A stretch of DNA of 64,000 nucleotides from an uncultured Acidimicrobiaceae bacterium (GCA_963817735.1 CAWFPP010000012.1:32228-96227); one strand, 5' to 3'. Positions 1-9,040 are shown, numbered from the stretch's first letter. A program made the numbers and translations. Notes: generated by a model not told the origin, from the sequence alone.

Positions 1-519
1 CTGCCCGGATAGATGTTGGTCGGCAGGATCCAGAGGGTCTGATTGCCAATGCTCTGACCGACCGAGAACGCGTGCGTGTGCATGAAGGTGGCGGTGGGCG
101 CCCAGGTGTAGAGATCGTCGCCGCCGATGGAGGTGATGGTGAACGCACCTCCCTGCAGCACCTTCAGCTCCAGGACGATGAACAGGGCGAGGCAGGTCGT
201 GCCCAGGAGGGCGAGTTCCAGGCGCGTGCGCCGGATCGTGTCGAAGAGGCGCTGGCGTCGTCGCCAGCCCACGAGGGCCGAGGCGATGCCCAAAACCACG
301 CACATGGTGACGACGATCGTCCCACTGGCGAAGTGGGGCGACAGCCACTGGCAGGCCCAATAGAGGAGCCCCAACCCGACCAGGGGCGCCGCCAGGAGGG
401 CGGCACCGCCGAGGTTGGGGACGGCGAGAGCGACTGGAGCAAATCCGACCAGGGCGAGCAGCCCGACGGTGCCGGCGCTCAGCAGCGTGAGCTCGAGGAT
501 CAGGAAGAGAACGTGCACG
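1..519 (-). CDS. Hypothetical polytopic membrane protein, 3' part runs off the window
   Basis: Not in the ORF track because it leaves the window. The reverse strand from GTG (519-517) reads VHVLFLILELTLLSAGTVGLLALVGFAPVALAVPNLGGAALLAAPLVGLGLLYWACQW..., several hydrophobic helices with high third-position GC. The listed + ORF 72..596 is its Arg/Gly-rich antisense artefact. Confidence 0.45.
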
Positions 520-736
520 GTCGGGACCCAGTCGGATCGGCATCTGGACCTCCCGGAAGCCGGCGACGGCGCAGTATAAGACCCCTTGTTGTGTAGGCCG
601 AGGCACGGATACCGAGGCGATGCCGGTCGTTGTCACCCGAAGTCAGGGCCACCTAGCCCAGTGCGGGACGAGGACGATGCCAGTCAGGCTGGTGCGGCTG
701 AGCTCCAAGAATTGCCTCGTGAGATGATGTGCTCCC

Positions 737-1666
737 ATGAGGCTCGAGCCACCCCAGCGAACCCGGGAGTACCGCAACCACCATCTCGACAGCACCCGTT
801 GGGACCACTTCGTGCCACGTGACGACGACATCTTCGTCACAACGGCGTACAAGGCCGGGACGACCTGGACGCAGCGCATCCTCGCTGCCCTGATCCTCGG
901 ACCAGAGCCCCTGCCTGCGAGATTGAGCGAAATTTCGCCGTGGATCGACTCACGGTTCATGGGACCTCTCCAACCGATTCTCGATCGTCTCGAGGCACAG
1001 CGTCATCGAAGGTTCATTAAGAGCCATCTGGCCGCTGATGGTCTGCGATTCTTCCCACGGTCAAGCTACATCGTCGTGGGCCGTGACACCCGCGACGTCT
1101 TCATGTCGTTGTTCAACCACTATTCGTCCTACACCGACATCATGTTCGAACTCTTCAACGACCCTGACCGGCCGGGGCCAGAATTCCCTCGTTGCCCGGC
1201 GACGCCCCGCGAGTTGTGGCCTCGGTGGGTGAGTGAGGGATGGTTCGAGTGGGAAACCGACGGCTGGCCATTCTGGTCACATCACCACCATTTATCGACC
1301 TGGTGGGCGGTACGAGAGCTTCCCAAAGTGTTGCTTGTCCACTTCGGTGATCTCAAAGCCGACCCCGAGACTGAGATGCGGCGGATCGCCGATTTCTGCG
1401 CCATAGATGTCAGCGAGGATTCCTGGCCTGCCTTACTGGCAACAGTCGGATTCGACGCCATGCGCGATGAAGCACGTCACTTCGACGACCCGATGGCGAT
1501 GGTGTGGAAGGGCGGCGCAGACAGCTTTTTCTGCAAGGGCGACAGCGGTCGATGGCGCGGTGTGTTGAACTCCGACGATCTCGTGCTGTATGAGAGCTCA
1601 GCGTCGACCCTAGATCCAGCACTACGAACCTGGCTCGAGGGCGGCCGCCACGCCGTCGGGATCTGA
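737..1666 (+). CDS. PAPS-dependent sulfotransferase (Sulfotransfer_1-like)
   Basis: 5'-PSB-like motif TTAYKAGTTWTQRI and 3'-PB-like motif VVGRDTRDVFMSLFNH. Length of 309 aa is typical of cytosolic-type sulfotransferases. Confidence 0.8.
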   Translation: MRLEPPQRTREYRNHHLDSTRWDHFVPRDDDIFVTTAYKAGTTWTQRILAALILGPEPLPARLSEISPWIDSRFMGPLQPILDRLEAQRHRRFIKSHLAADGLRFFPRSSYIVVGRDTRDVFMSLFNHYSSYTDIMFELFNDPDRPGPEFPRCPATPRELWPRWVSEGWFEWETDGWPFWSHHHHLSTWWAVRELPKVLLVHFGDLKADPETEMRRIADFCAIDVSEDSWPALLATVGFDAMRDEARHFDDPMAMVWKGGADSFFCKGDSGRWRGVLNSDDLVLYESSASTLDPALRTWLEGGRHAVGI

Positions 1667-1683
1667 GTGACACGATGGCTCGC

Positions 1684-1714
1684 GGGGTGACCCCGTACAT
1701 TGCCGGTCTGGGTG
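1684..1714 (+). repeat. Hairpin-tail repeat R1
   Basis: GGGGtgaCCCCGTACATTGCCGGTCTGGGTG. Lies between the sulfotransferase and DUF385 genes. Confidence 0.6.
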
Positions 1715-1779
1715 ATTGCCGAGTCGAAGGTATGAACAAATCTCGTCACCATCGAGCCTGGAAACTTTACTCTGCACCC

Positions 1780-2286
1780 ATGAATCCAATCAGCCAGTTG
1801 TTTCAGCGGTACTCGCGGTGGATGTACCGCTCCGGTCGGCCTAACTGGCTAGCGAAACCACAAAACCGTCTTTCGAGTCTTGCTTTCGGAGCTGGTCTTA
1901 TGCCCCAACGAGCTGCCAGCCTGGAGGTCATCGGCAGGAAGAGCGGTCAGCCGATAACCCTCCCAGTAGTCATCGCAGATTGGGACGGTGTCGAGTACCT
2001 GGTGTCCATGTTGGGTGACGGCGCGAATTGGGTCAAGAACATTCGCGCCGCTGACGGCGTCGCCATCCTACGTCGAGGCCATGAAGAACCCGTCAGGCTC
2101 GAAGAGGTCGCTATCGAGGACCGCCCACCGATAATTCGCCGTTATGCCGAAGTCGCTCCAGGCGGCCGCCCGCATTTGAAGCTGTCTCGCAACGCATCGA
2201 TCGATCAGTGCAGAGCGCTCGCACCCCGGATCCCGGTGTTTCGGATAACCCCGCTATCTACAAGTGGTCGAGGTGGTAACGCCTAA
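1780..2286 (+). CDS. Nitroreductase-family deazaflavin (F420H2)-dependent oxidoreductase, DUF385
   Basis: LEVIGRKSGQPITLPVVIADWDGVEYLVSMLGDGANWVKNIRAADGVAILRRG matches the DUF385/Ddn-like split beta-barrel family. ATG at 1780 chosen as the internal Met of ORF 1675..2286. Confidence 0.75.
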   Translation: MNPISQLFQRYSRWMYRSGRPNWLAKPQNRLSSLAFGAGLMPQRAASLEVIGRKSGQPITLPVVIADWDGVEYLVSMLGDGANWVKNIRAADGVAILRRGHEEPVRLEEVAIEDRPPIIRRYAEVAPGGRPHLKLSRNASIDQCRALAPRIPVFRITPLSTSGRGGNA

Positions 2287-2302
2287 CGCCGGGACGGAGC
2301 GG
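2285..2302 (+). repeat. Hairpin-tail repeat R2 (tail only, weak)
   Basis: AACGCCGGGACGGAGCGG. Lies in the 21-nt gap between DUF385 and DUF167. Confidence 0.3.
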
Positions 2303-2307
2303 CACGG

Positions 2308-2592
2308 TCACTCAGGTCTGCCGGAACGCAATAGATCAAGCGCTTTCTGGATGCGCCGAGCATCCACGGATGAGGCCTGAATCTCCAACAACTTCCTCCG
2401 ATTCTTCGGCCCTATCAAGAGGGTCACTGAGCGACGTGGCATGTCAACTGCCGCTGCCACGGCCCTCAGGGCGGCCTCGGTCGCTCGTCCGCTATCTGGC
2501 GGCTCAACGACGCGAACTATGAGTGCCCCGTCGAAGTCCCCACCGACACTAGGTGTTGATGCATTCGGCCGGACATGGATCTCCACCCGCAC
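2308..2592 (-). CDS. DUF167 (YggU-like) family protein
   Basis: VRVEIHVRPNASTPSVGGDFDGALIVRVVEPPDSGRATEAALRAVAAAVDMPRRSVTLLIGPKNRRKLLEI is the typical DUF167 core. GTG at 2592 gives about 94 aa. The longer track ORF (to 2778) would overlap the SRPBCC gene and repeat R3. Confidence 0.65.
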   Translation of the reverse strand: MRVEIHVRPNASTPSVGGDFDGALIVRVVEPPDSGRATEAALRAVAAAVDMPRRSVTLLIGPKNRRKLLEIQASSVDARRIQKALDLLRSGRPE

Positions 2593-2619
2593 TCGATCCA
2601 GTCTGCACGCTGCAGACGC

Positions 2620-2649
2620 GGGCTGCCCCAGTTCGCCGCCGGGAGTGGG
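2620..2649 (+). repeat. Hairpin-tail repeat R3
   Basis: GGGctgCCCCAGTTCGCCGCCGGGAGTGGG. Lies between DUF167 and SRPBCC. Confidence 0.6.
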
Positions 2650-2699
2650 CCGCTGACTCGGCTCGACACCTATCGAGCGCGTGTAGTGAACTTCGACGT

Positions 2700-3158
2700 A
2701 TGACCAAGAGGCTTGAGATCTCCCGTGACATCGACGTCCCGCCTGATCGGGTATACGCCGCCATTTCTGACGTGACACGCATGGGTGAGTGGTCAGAGGA
2801 ATGCCATGCCTGCGAGTGGCACGAGGGGTACGACGGTCCGGTCGTCGGCGCTACCTTCGACGGCCACAACCAGAATGGGGAGCACCAGTGGACCACGCAA
2901 GGGAAGGTCATCGAGGCTGACCCCGGGCGGGCCTTCGCCTTTGAGTGCTCGATGATGGACTTCCATTACTCGACCTGGGGATACCGCATCCAGCCGACCG
3001 AGTCGGGATGCCGTGTGACCGAATGGAATGAGGATCTGCGGCCCGAGTCGGTCCTGGAGTTCAGCAAGCAGACCTCGGGCGTGGATGACCGAACAGAGCG
3101 AAATCGCCGGACCATGAGCGTCACCCTTGCGCGCCTCGCCGAATCCCTAGAGAACTGA
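2700..3158 (+). CDS. SRPBCC (START/polyketide cyclase-like) family protein
   Basis: MTKRLEISRDIDVPPDRVYAAISDVTRMGEWSEEC... has the typical SRPBCC N-terminus and length (152 aa). ATG at 2700 lies inside track ORF 2553..3158. Confidence 0.75.
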   Translation: MTKRLEISRDIDVPPDRVYAAISDVTRMGEWSEECHACEWHEGYDGPVVGATFDGHNQNGEHQWTTQGKVIEADPGRAFAFECSMMDFHYSTWGYRIQPTESGCRVTEWNEDLRPESVLEFSKQTSGVDDRTERNRRTMSVTLARLAESLEN

Positions 3159-3190
3159 TCTGCTGGTTGTCGTCAGATTATTGATTTGGA

Positions 3191-3245
3191 CAGTCAGATT
3201 TGACTGACTGCCTCCGTTCGCTGCCGGGACGGTGGGGCAGTTCGG
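3191..3245 (+). repeat. Hairpin-tail repeat R4
   Basis: CAGTCAGatttgaCTGACTGCCTCCGTTCGCTGCCGGGACGGTGGGGCAGTTCGG. The tail is nearly identical to R18. Confidence 0.7.
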
Positions 3246-3268
3246 CACTTGCGGGCTAAGGCGGGGAA

Positions 3269-3301
3269 GGGGCGTCCCCGCTCGGTAACCGGTAGTTGCG
3301 G
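3269..3301 (+). repeat. Hairpin-tail repeat R5 (tandem to R4)
   Basis: GGGGcgtCCCCGCTCGGTAACCGGTAGTTGCGG. Confidence 0.5.
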
Positions 3302-3353
3302 ACGATCGGCGATGTCGAGAGTTCGTACAGACTCGCAGCCCGACCGACCTGGG

Positions 3354-3878
3354 TCAGATGTCGAGGTCGAGCCGCATGGCCACCTGCCCCTTAGGCGATA
3401 GTCCTCCGGCCACGTCGTGCTCCCCTCTGGCCAGCATCTCGGGTCCCAGTTCCGACTCATCCAGCACTCGGAAGCCGAGGTGCTCGTAGAGCGGACCGTT
3501 CCATGGCACCTCATAGAAGGTCGCCAGGGTTATTGCCGGTCGTCCCGCCGAACGCGCCCAGCTCTTGACCTGCTCGATGAGTGCTTTCCCGACCCCGTGT
3601 CCCTGGTGGTCGGGATGGACGCAGACGTGGAAGATGTGGGCGGCGTTGTCAAGGACACCTACGAGTATGTAGCCCACTACCTCGTCGTCAACCACAGCTA
3701 CCCAGGAGCGTTCTGACCGCGCATACTCGACCAGCAACTCGATGGAGTCCGGGGGGTTGGCAGCAACCTGGTCATAACCGATGGCGGCGAACTGGCCTTG
3801 GGTGGCCAACTCGATCTGTTGGAGACGTGGGGCGTCCTCGGAGCGAGCCGGACGGATGGTGAACCGGCTGTCGGGCAC
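3354..3878 (-). CDS. GNAT family N-acetyltransferase
   Basis: Acetyl-CoA binding motif A, VHPDHQGHGVGKALIE, and a 174-aa GNAT fold pattern. GTG start. Confidence 0.85.
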   Translation of the reverse strand: MPDSRFTIRPARSEDAPRLQQIELATQGQFAAIGYDQVAANPPDSIELLVEYARSERSWVAVVDDEVVGYILVGVLDNAAHIFHVCVHPDHQGHGVGKALIEQVKSWARSAGRPAITLATFYEVPWNGPLYEHLGFRVLDESELGPEMLARGEHDVAGGLSPKGQVAMRLDLDI

Positions 3879-3934
3879 GGGTTCATGGTGGCAGGTCAGA
3901 GCGACCGGGAGTTTGCCGATACCCGGGCGCTCTC

Positions 3935-3972
3935 GGGGTATCCCCGTTCGATCCTCGCTGCCGGCTCAGGGA
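3935..3972 (+). repeat. Hairpin-tail repeat R6
   Basis: GGGGtatCCCCGTTCGATCCTCGCTGCCGGCTCAGGGA. Shares the ATCCTCGCTGCCGGCTC variant with R15. Confidence 0.65.
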
Positions 3973-4033
3973 TGAGCCACCTTCTGGGGCCTAGGCTCCA
4001 CCCAGATGACGTGTCGAGTGAGAGGAATCGGTC

Positions 4034-4588
4034 ATGGAGGATGAATGGGGACCGCTTGGGGCGCTTGCTGGGGAGTGGGAGAGTGACAAGGGTGGCCTCG
4101 ATACAGCGTTCTCGCATTCCGAGGGGAAGGTGTTAGGCAGCCCCTACTTGGAGAAGTGCACGATGAAGCCGTTCGGCCCGGTCGACAATGGGGAACAGCA
4201 TCTCTATGGACTTGACTACAAGAGCGCAATGTGGCGAGGCGACGAGGAGAATCCCTTCCACACAGAGGTCGGCTACTGGCTGTGGGACCCGGCCACCGGC
4301 GAGGTCATGAAGGGTTTCGTCGTCCCCCGCGGCATTACCGCTCTGGCCGGAGGAACGGCTGCCGCCGATGCCACTGAGTTCACCCTGAAAGCAGTGCTCG
4401 GAGAGGCCCAGTACAACATCGGCGAGAACAAGTACCTGGCCAAGAACGCCAGCACTCTGAGCTACGAGGTTGCCGTCACCGTGGGCAAGGACACCTGGTC
4501 CTACGACGAGGTCACCATGCTCCGAATGAAAGAGTTCGATGAGCCGTTCGCCCACACCGACCACAACACCCTGCGCCGGGTGAGCTGA
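4034..4588 (+). CDS. Heme-binding beta-barrel (nitrobindin/THAP4-like, DUF1794) protein
   Basis: N-terminal LAGEWESDKGG (GxWxG-type) motif, 184 aa, alternating beta-strand pattern. Family recognised from memory, no search run. Confidence 0.6.
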   Translation: MEDEWGPLGALAGEWESDKGGLDTAFSHSEGKVLGSPYLEKCTMKPFGPVDNGEQHLYGLDYKSAMWRGDEENPFHTEVGYWLWDPATGEVMKGFVVPRGITALAGGTAAADATEFTLKAVLGEAQYNIGENKYLAKNASTLSYEVAVTVGKDTWSYDEVTMLRMKEFDEPFAHTDHNTLRRVS

Positions 4589-4738
4589 GCCAGGAACAGA
4601 CCTACTGCGACTGGTGCTATTCGACGCTCACCGAGGAGGACCGCACAAGGTCCCGAGCGCTGGGGTTCGACAAGATACGAACCTGGGCGTGTATTCGGTG
4701 CATCGACGCAAAGCGAATCTCGGAAGCGCCTGGCGGAT

Positions 4739-4763
4739 GGGATGGCCCGTTGCCGGCCGATCC
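4739..4763 (+). repeat. Hairpin-tail repeat R7 (weak)
   Basis: GGGatgGCCCGTTGCCGGCCGATCC. Confidence 0.35.
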
Positions 4764-4778
4764 GAAGTAGTCGCCAGC

Positions 4779-4804
4779 GGGTGTCCCCGTCCGCCGGGAT
4801 GGCG
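4779..4804 (+). repeat. Hairpin-tail repeat R8
   Basis: GGGtgtCCCCGTCCGCCGGGATGGCG. Confidence 0.55.
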
Positions 4805-4824
4805 TCACGCTTTCGCCATGAAGG

Positions 4825-5235
4825 TCACGGCATCCAAGGTCTGCGACGATTCGACCTGATACCGCAAGGTCCCTTTCTAAGGGCGGCAGTGAAGAACTCC
4901 AAAGCGATGTTGTCCGGATCACGACAAGAGAGCCCAGCGCCGTAGTCGGCATCGACGATTCCACCATTCTCAAGCTCATCTCGATCACTGCAGGTGAAGG
5001 CCAGATGGTCCAGGCCAATTCGACGTTCATCGAAGGGAATGGCATCAGATGGATCGGGGAATCCGTGCAGCCCGACGAGCGTTTGACCTTCAACAAGCCA
5101 GACAGCTCGTCGAAACGGGCCAGGGCTTTCGTCCCGGTGCAACGCCACGTCGAAGAGTCTTTCGTACCAATGGACACTGCGGTCGAGGTCACTGACTGTC
5201 AAGGTCACATGGGCGATCGTCGGGACCTCAAGCAT
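4825..5235 (-). CDS. VOC (glyoxalase/bleomycin-resistance/dioxygenase) family protein
   Basis: IAHVTLTVSDLDRSVHWYERLF...GLDHLAFTC...RDPDNIALEFF is the classic VOC pattern. Met at 5235 chosen inside ORF 4825..5277. Confidence 0.7.
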   Translation of the reverse strand: MLEVPTIAHVTLTVSDLDRSVHWYERLFDVALHRDESPGPFRRAVWLVEGQTLVGLHGFPDPSDAIPFDERRIGLDHLAFTCSDRDELENGGIVDADYGAGLSCRDPDNIALEFFTAALRKGPCGIRSNRRRPWMP

Positions 5236-5285
5236 GAAGCCTCCCCGTGGAGCCAATGACTTGCCGTCGCTGGTCATTCTTGCCT

Positions 5286-5313
5286 GGAAATGCCCCAGTC
5301 CGCCGGATATGCG
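5286..5313 (+). repeat. Hairpin-tail repeat R9
   Basis: GGaaatgCCCCAGTCCGCCGGATATGCG. Lies between the divergent VOC and HNH genes. Confidence 0.5.
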
Positions 5314-5369
5314 TCTTTCCTCGGCATTCGAGATTTACTGTATTCAGTGCGGCTTTGGAGGAATTTGAG

Positions 5370-5726
5370 ATGCCCGGATTTGACGACGCTCTTAGGGGTT
5401 ACGCGTATCCAGTTCACGAGAGGGATTTGTTTTGCTGTCGATATTGCGGGCTCGATGGACGCGACTCTTTTAGCAACTGGCTCTCTTTGTCCTGGGACCA
5501 CCTTCTCCCGAAAGGCTCTCCGGACCGCGACAATCCTGACTTCATCGTGACCGCCTGCAAGTTCTGCAATACAGCCGACAATCGCTACTTCGATATGGCA
5601 GAGCGGAGAGGGCTAGTGCTTGACGGACTGAGTCCGGACGAACTCGTTGCTCAGCGCTTGCCCTACGTCGAAGCTACGCGTCAAAAGTACCGGGAATTCT
5701 GGAGCCAGCACGTGAGTTCGGACTAG
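5370..5726 (+). CDS. Small HNH endonuclease-like protein
   Basis: CRYCG...WDHLLPKG...ACKFCN is a Cys/His HNH-type arrangement. GGAGG lies 9 nt upstream of ATG 5370. Locally AT-richer sequence. Confidence 0.6.
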   Translation: MPGFDDALRGYAYPVHERDLFCCRYCGLDGRDSFSNWLSLSWDHLLPKGSPDRDNPDFIVTACKFCNTADNRYFDMAERRGLVLDGLSPDELVAQRLPYVEATRQKYREFWSQHVSSD

Positions 5727-5733
5727 TTCCCGA

Positions 5734-5771
5734 GGGGCTAAATGCCCCCGTACATTGCCGCCGGGATAGCG
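5734..5771 (+). repeat. Hairpin-tail repeat R10
   Basis: GGGGctaaatgCCCCCGTACATTGCCGCCGGGATAGCG. Shares CCCCGTACATTGCCG with R1. Confidence 0.65.
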
Positions 5772-5923
5772 ACAGAGTGTTGCCCTCCAAAAGGCCCAGC
5801 CAAGTCCTTCCAACCGGCTAAGAAGCCATTGCTTTCTCGGGCAGAACGAATCGAGTTCTCATCTCTCAGAACTACTGGTGAATGGTCGTAAGATCCCACC
5901 ACGACACCTGAGGAGGATGAGGC

Positions 5924-6304
5924 ATGGATGTCCGCTCGGCGAGGGATGTAGCACCGGTTATCGAACATGCCGGGACGGTACCGGTCTGGTGGCTAATTCA
6001 ACCCGGTGAGCTAAAGGATGCGACTACTGGCGGCTTCCTTGAGCTGGTCAGCGAGTGGGAAGTTGCCGGCGGTGGGCTCGTCGATCCCCACTCACATCCC
6101 ACTCACGAGTTCTATTACATCATTTCCGGACGCGGCATCATGAAGATTGCGGACGAGGAACGAGAGGTCGGACAAGGGGATCTAATCAGGATTCCGCCAA
6201 ACATCGTTCACAGTATTTGGCCGTTGACGGAAAACTCTGGACTCCGGGGCCTGGCCTTCGCCGTCGGCATCGAGGGAGCCGGTCCGGTCGACTACACGAG
6301 CTGA
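5924..6304 (+). CDS. Cupin domain protein
   Basis: Cupin motifs GGGLVDPHSHPTHEFYYIISGRG and GDLIRIPPNIVHSI. 126 aa. Confidence 0.8.
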   Translation: MDVRSARDVAPVIEHAGTVPVWWLIQPGELKDATTGGFLELVSEWEVAGGGLVDPHSHPTHEFYYIISGRGIMKIADEEREVGQGDLIRIPPNIVHSIWPLTENSGLRGLAFAVGIEGAGPVDYTS

Positions 6305-6340
6305 GACAGGGGTGCGGTACCCGATCATTCACCTGCCCTA

Positions 6341-6736
6341 CTAGGCCGGGCTGGTGGCGTATTTGCGACGCTCAAATCGAGCGACGTGGACCTCCGTGGG
6401 GTGGTCGAGGGAGTAACCATAGCCGATTCCAGACTCAGTCAGGTCTCGGCCTATGCCTCGGTGAACTTCGACACAGTCAAAACCCAGGAGGTCGTATTCG
6501 TGCTGAACACGCTCAAGATTCTGAATCGGAAAATGAGGATTCGGAACGACTGGTGTCTGGTATTTGAAGGACTGGCAAGCGCCGTCCGCCGTCTCGTTCA
6601 AATCGGCGAGAAACTCGGCTTCCAACTCAGCCCTTGAACGTGTGCCGAAGGTTTCAGCCAAGACCATCCAAGAGCAGACCATCCCGAGCCAAACGGGCAG
6701 AATCCAGTACCGACGCACGGGGAAGTGTGCCACCAT
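6341..6736 (-). CDS. Hypothetical membrane-anchored protein
   Basis: MVAHFPVRRYWILPVWLGMVCSWMVLAETF has an N-terminal hydrophobic anchor. Met at 6736 chosen because the longer ORF (to 6883) would read through repeat R11 and the end of the ParB-like gene. Confidence 0.4.
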   Translation of the reverse strand: MVAHFPVRRYWILPVWLGMVCSWMVLAETFGTRSRAELEAEFLADLNETADGACQSFKYQTPVVPNPHFPIQNLERVQHEYDLLGFDCVEVHRGIGRDLTESGIGYGYSLDHPTEVHVARFERRKYATSPA

Positions 6737-6746
6737 CGCGTCGGTA

Positions 6747-6813
6747 GGGGTGCCCTGCCCCCGTTCGCTGCCGGATATGGGTTCCCGGTGCTCACCATTC
6801 GGGCAGCGGTCAC
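6747..6813 (+). repeat. Hairpin-tail repeat R11 with an inverted partial partner
   Basis: GGGGtgccctgCCCCCGTTCGCTGCCGGATATGGG, followed 20 nt later by CGGGCAGCGGTCAC, the reverse complement of the CGCTGCCCG core. Confidence 0.65.
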
Positions 6814-6839
6814 CTGGGATGCTCAAGCGGTTCGGCGAC

Positions 6840-7334
6840 CTAAGGATCGGTGAGACCCATTTCGCTGGCCCCGATCGCCCCACCTCCGTGCTCTTTCAGG
6901 TATCGGTCTTGGTCCACCTCACCCGCGAATAGGAGAACTATCCAGGCATGGGTGGCGCCCATTCGGCGCAGTGCGTCGTAACGATGGTTTCCGTCCTCGA
7001 GGAAGTACTTGCCGTCGTGATGCGACACCAACAGCGGCGGGGGTTGCCACCCCAGCTCGACGCTATGTTCCATCGCCTCGACGTCGGACTCCCAGATCCC
7101 CTCCGCCACAGAAACAACCACTTCGTCACCGACGGGGCCGGCCATCGGCGTGAGTCGGTCGAGCGCGAATCGGATCGGACCCACGTAGGTCGCGCCACTC
7201 ATGGCGAAGGCGGCCGCCAGCGCAGAGTTGCTACTGCCCGGGCTAGCGAGGAAGTCAACCACCCATTCAGCCAGTCGCCCCTCGTCCGCGGCATGCTGGG
7301 CCGAGGCGAGTGAGAACTTCTGGTCGTCGGTCAC
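6840..7334 (-). CDS. ParB/Srx-like N-terminal (nuclease-type) domain protein
   Basis: PPLLVSHHDGKYFLEDGNHRYDALRRMG resembles the ParB-like nuclease DGxHR motif. The start overlaps the HAD stop by 4 nt (operon). Confidence 0.55.
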   Translation of the reverse strand: MTDDQKFSLASAQHAADEGRLAEWVVDFLASPGSSNSALAAAFAMSGATYVGPIRFALDRLTPMAGPVGDEVVVSVAEGIWESDVEAMEHSVELGWQPPPLLVSHHDGKYFLEDGNHRYDALRRMGATHAWIVLLFAGEVDQDRYLKEHGGGAIGASEMGLTDP

Positions 7335-8050
7335 GCGGACGCCGTCGCGATCAGCTCGGCGAGCCCTACCAAAGAGTCGATCCGTTCGTAATCGGCGTCG
7401 AAGTGGAGGCCAAGCGGATCCATGAGAATCGGTCGGATCCCGGCTCGGCGGGCGCCGACTACATCGATGGCAGGCATATCACCGACGTACCAAATCCGAT
7501 CCGCGTCGAGACTGAGGAGGTCGATAGCCACCTCGAATATCCGTGGGTCAGGCTTCATGACGCCGACGTTTCCGGAATCGATTACGCACTCGATCTCCAC
7601 GCCGATGCCGGGACCCACTTGGCACAGTTCGAGTTTGGCAAGCCGAGAACCCATCATTCCATCGGCGTTGGAGATGATACCGAGCCGGACCCCGGTGTCG
7701 GCGAGGGCCTGCAGTCCTTCGCGGCTGCCCGGGATCGGTTCGACCCACAGCGCCGCATCAGCGAACTCGCTATCGAGGTGGCGATGGGCGTCGTCACGCC
7801 GATCTCTCGGTACGCCGCACTCGTCGACATACGTTTGGAGGTAGTCGAGCCAGGCCTCAGTCCAGTTCGCCTCGACGTCGAGGTGCGTGCCGAACCTTGC
7901 TGCGGCCCGGTAGTGCGCGTCTGCCAGCACCTCTCGACGGACGCAGCACTCGGCTCGTGTGAAAGCTCCCAGGATCCGTTCGGGGTCGGGAAGGACGAAC
8001 ACGCCCCCGGCGTCGAGGAGTACTGCGGCGGGGTCGCCTGTGTAGGCCAT
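7331..8050 (-). CDS. HAD-IA family hydrolase
   Basis: HAD motifs: motif I-like LLDAGGV, GIISNADG, KPDPRIF, and WYVGDMPAIDVVGARRAG. Confidence 0.8.
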   Translation of the reverse strand: MAYTGDPAAVLLDAGGVFVLPDPERILGAFTRAECCVRREVLADAHYRAAARFGTHLDVEANWTEAWLDYLQTYVDECGVPRDRRDDAHRHLDSEFADAALWVEPIPGSREGLQALADTGVRLGIISNADGMMGSRLAKLELCQVGPGIGVEIECVIDSGNVGVMKPDPRIFEVAIDLLSLDADRIWYVGDMPAIDVVGARRAGIRPILMDPLGLHFDADYERIDSLVGLAELIATASA

Positions 8051-8148
8051 GCCCAGAACCTACTCAGGCGACGCCCCTGCTGGCGGCGTCAGGTCCGTCC
8101 AGAGATCCACCAGTGGCGAGAGGCTCGGGTCCCTCGCCAATCGCACCT

Positions 8149-8170
8149 GCCCCCTACCGCCGGGACTGTG
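8149..8170 (+). repeat. Hairpin-tail repeat R12 (weak)
   Basis: GCCCCCTACCGCCGGGACTGTG. Confidence 0.35.
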
Positions 8171-8211
8171 AGACACAATGGATTAGCAGCACTATCGGTT
8201 GCCGGATGGGT

Positions 8212-8796
8212 CTAACCGTTCGTGGTTGTCTGAGTCACGGTCACGCTCCCGAGGGGTGTTACACCAGCCTTTGCGATGACGAACCCGTTTCCGCTTGGCA
8301 GGGTGCACTTCATTCCTTGCATCAAGGACAGGCACGTAATGGAGTCGAGGGTGACGGAGTACTCGTACGGCAGAGTGGGGGTCCCAATGCCGGCGTTCGC
8401 AAGGCATTCGCCGCCGGTACACGACGTAAGTGTGGACGGGGCGGTCAGCGTGGCCGACTGTGGAGGTGAGAGTGTGTAGCAATAGGCCAGGTTCTCCGAA
8501 TTGGTGCCACTCTGCGTGTCGATTTCGCAGCTGATGTTTCCCGACGGCGAGTAGAACTCGGTGCTAGTCGGAGTCTCGGGGACAAGCGTCCCAGTTGTCG
8601 TGGTTACGGCGCCAGCAGTCGTCGTGATCGAGGCGGGAGTCGTGGTCTCGGTTGTGGAGCTCACGGGACTTGAGGTCGAGGTCGTCGATGTCGCCGATGG
8701 AGGTGCCGAGCTTGAGCAGGACGAAAAGATCGAGGCAGCTGTGCCGACGATCCCAATCAGGATCATGGCCCGCCCAATTGGTCGCCAACGAGCCAC
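8212..8796 (-). CDS. Hypothetical secreted Ser/Thr-rich, Cys-containing protein
   Basis: Signal or lipoprotein-like N-terminus (ILIGIVGTAASIFSSCSSS), a long S/T/P linker, and a Cys-rich C-terminal domain. Confidence 0.5.
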   Translation of the reverse strand: MARWRPIGRAMILIGIVGTAASIFSSCSSSAPPSATSTTSTSSPVSSTTETTTPASITTTAGAVTTTTGTLVPETPTSTEFYSPSGNISCEIDTQSGTNSENLAYCYTLSPPQSATLTAPSTLTSCTGGECLANAGIGTPTLPYEYSVTLDSITCLSLMQGMKCTLPSGNGFVIAKAGVTPLGSVTVTQTTTNG

Positions 8797-8894
8797 CTGC
8801 GAAGCGTAGGCCAGTGGGATCGCATCCCGTAGGCCATGGGGTTAGTCGAGGGCACGTAGGTATGGCCCGGGTCAAGCGAGCCCTTCTAGTGCTT

Positions 8895-8931
8895 GGGTGG
8901 CCCCGTACGCCGGGAAGGTGGGGCAGTTCGG
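8895..8931 (+). repeat. Hairpin-tail repeat R13
   Basis: GGGtggCCCCGTACGCCGGGAAGGTGGGGCAGTTCGG. Confidence 0.65.
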
Positions 8932-9040
8932 ATGGACGCCATTGAGCGCCCACAGAGAGTTGGCCGGAGTAGGTCGAGTGCACAGTCGATGCATGGTGGA
9001 TTCACAGCTTGTCCATATGGAGCTGAGATTGAGTTGTTGA

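Noticed and set aside
72-596. A 174-aa + strand ORF at the window start.
   Set aside because: Low-complexity Gly/Arg/Glu/Asp-rich translation. The opposite strand encodes a convincing multi-helix membrane protein that runs off the window.
647-676. Possible additional inverted copy of the repeat family upstream of the sulfotransferase gene (ccacctagcccagtgcgggacgagg, resembling the reverse complement of the flank 3' of R18, 14640-14660).
   Set aside because: The similarity is limited to ~12 nt (cctagccca..gtgcg), with no hairpin and no CGCTGCCGG core. It is too weak to call by eye.
3191-3301. The repeats as canonical integron attC sites.
   Set aside because: I could not find the paired R''/R' boxes (RYYYAAC ... 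GTTRRRY) or the long imperfect inverted repeat with a central variable region. GTTCG occurs as a direct rather than inverted repeat. Only the array-like, co-oriented organisation resembles integrons, so I report them as a distinct repeat family rather than as attC.
3946-3972. GTTCGATCCTCGCTGCCGGCTCA (and the similar 11481-11503) looks like the T-loop and acceptor 3' end of a tRNA. That would suggest a tRNA gene fragment or an att site of an integrative element.
   Set aside because: No complementary T-stem or acceptor strand can be drawn, no upstream tRNA body exists, and the segment is simply a variant (R6/R15) of the hairpin-tail repeat family.
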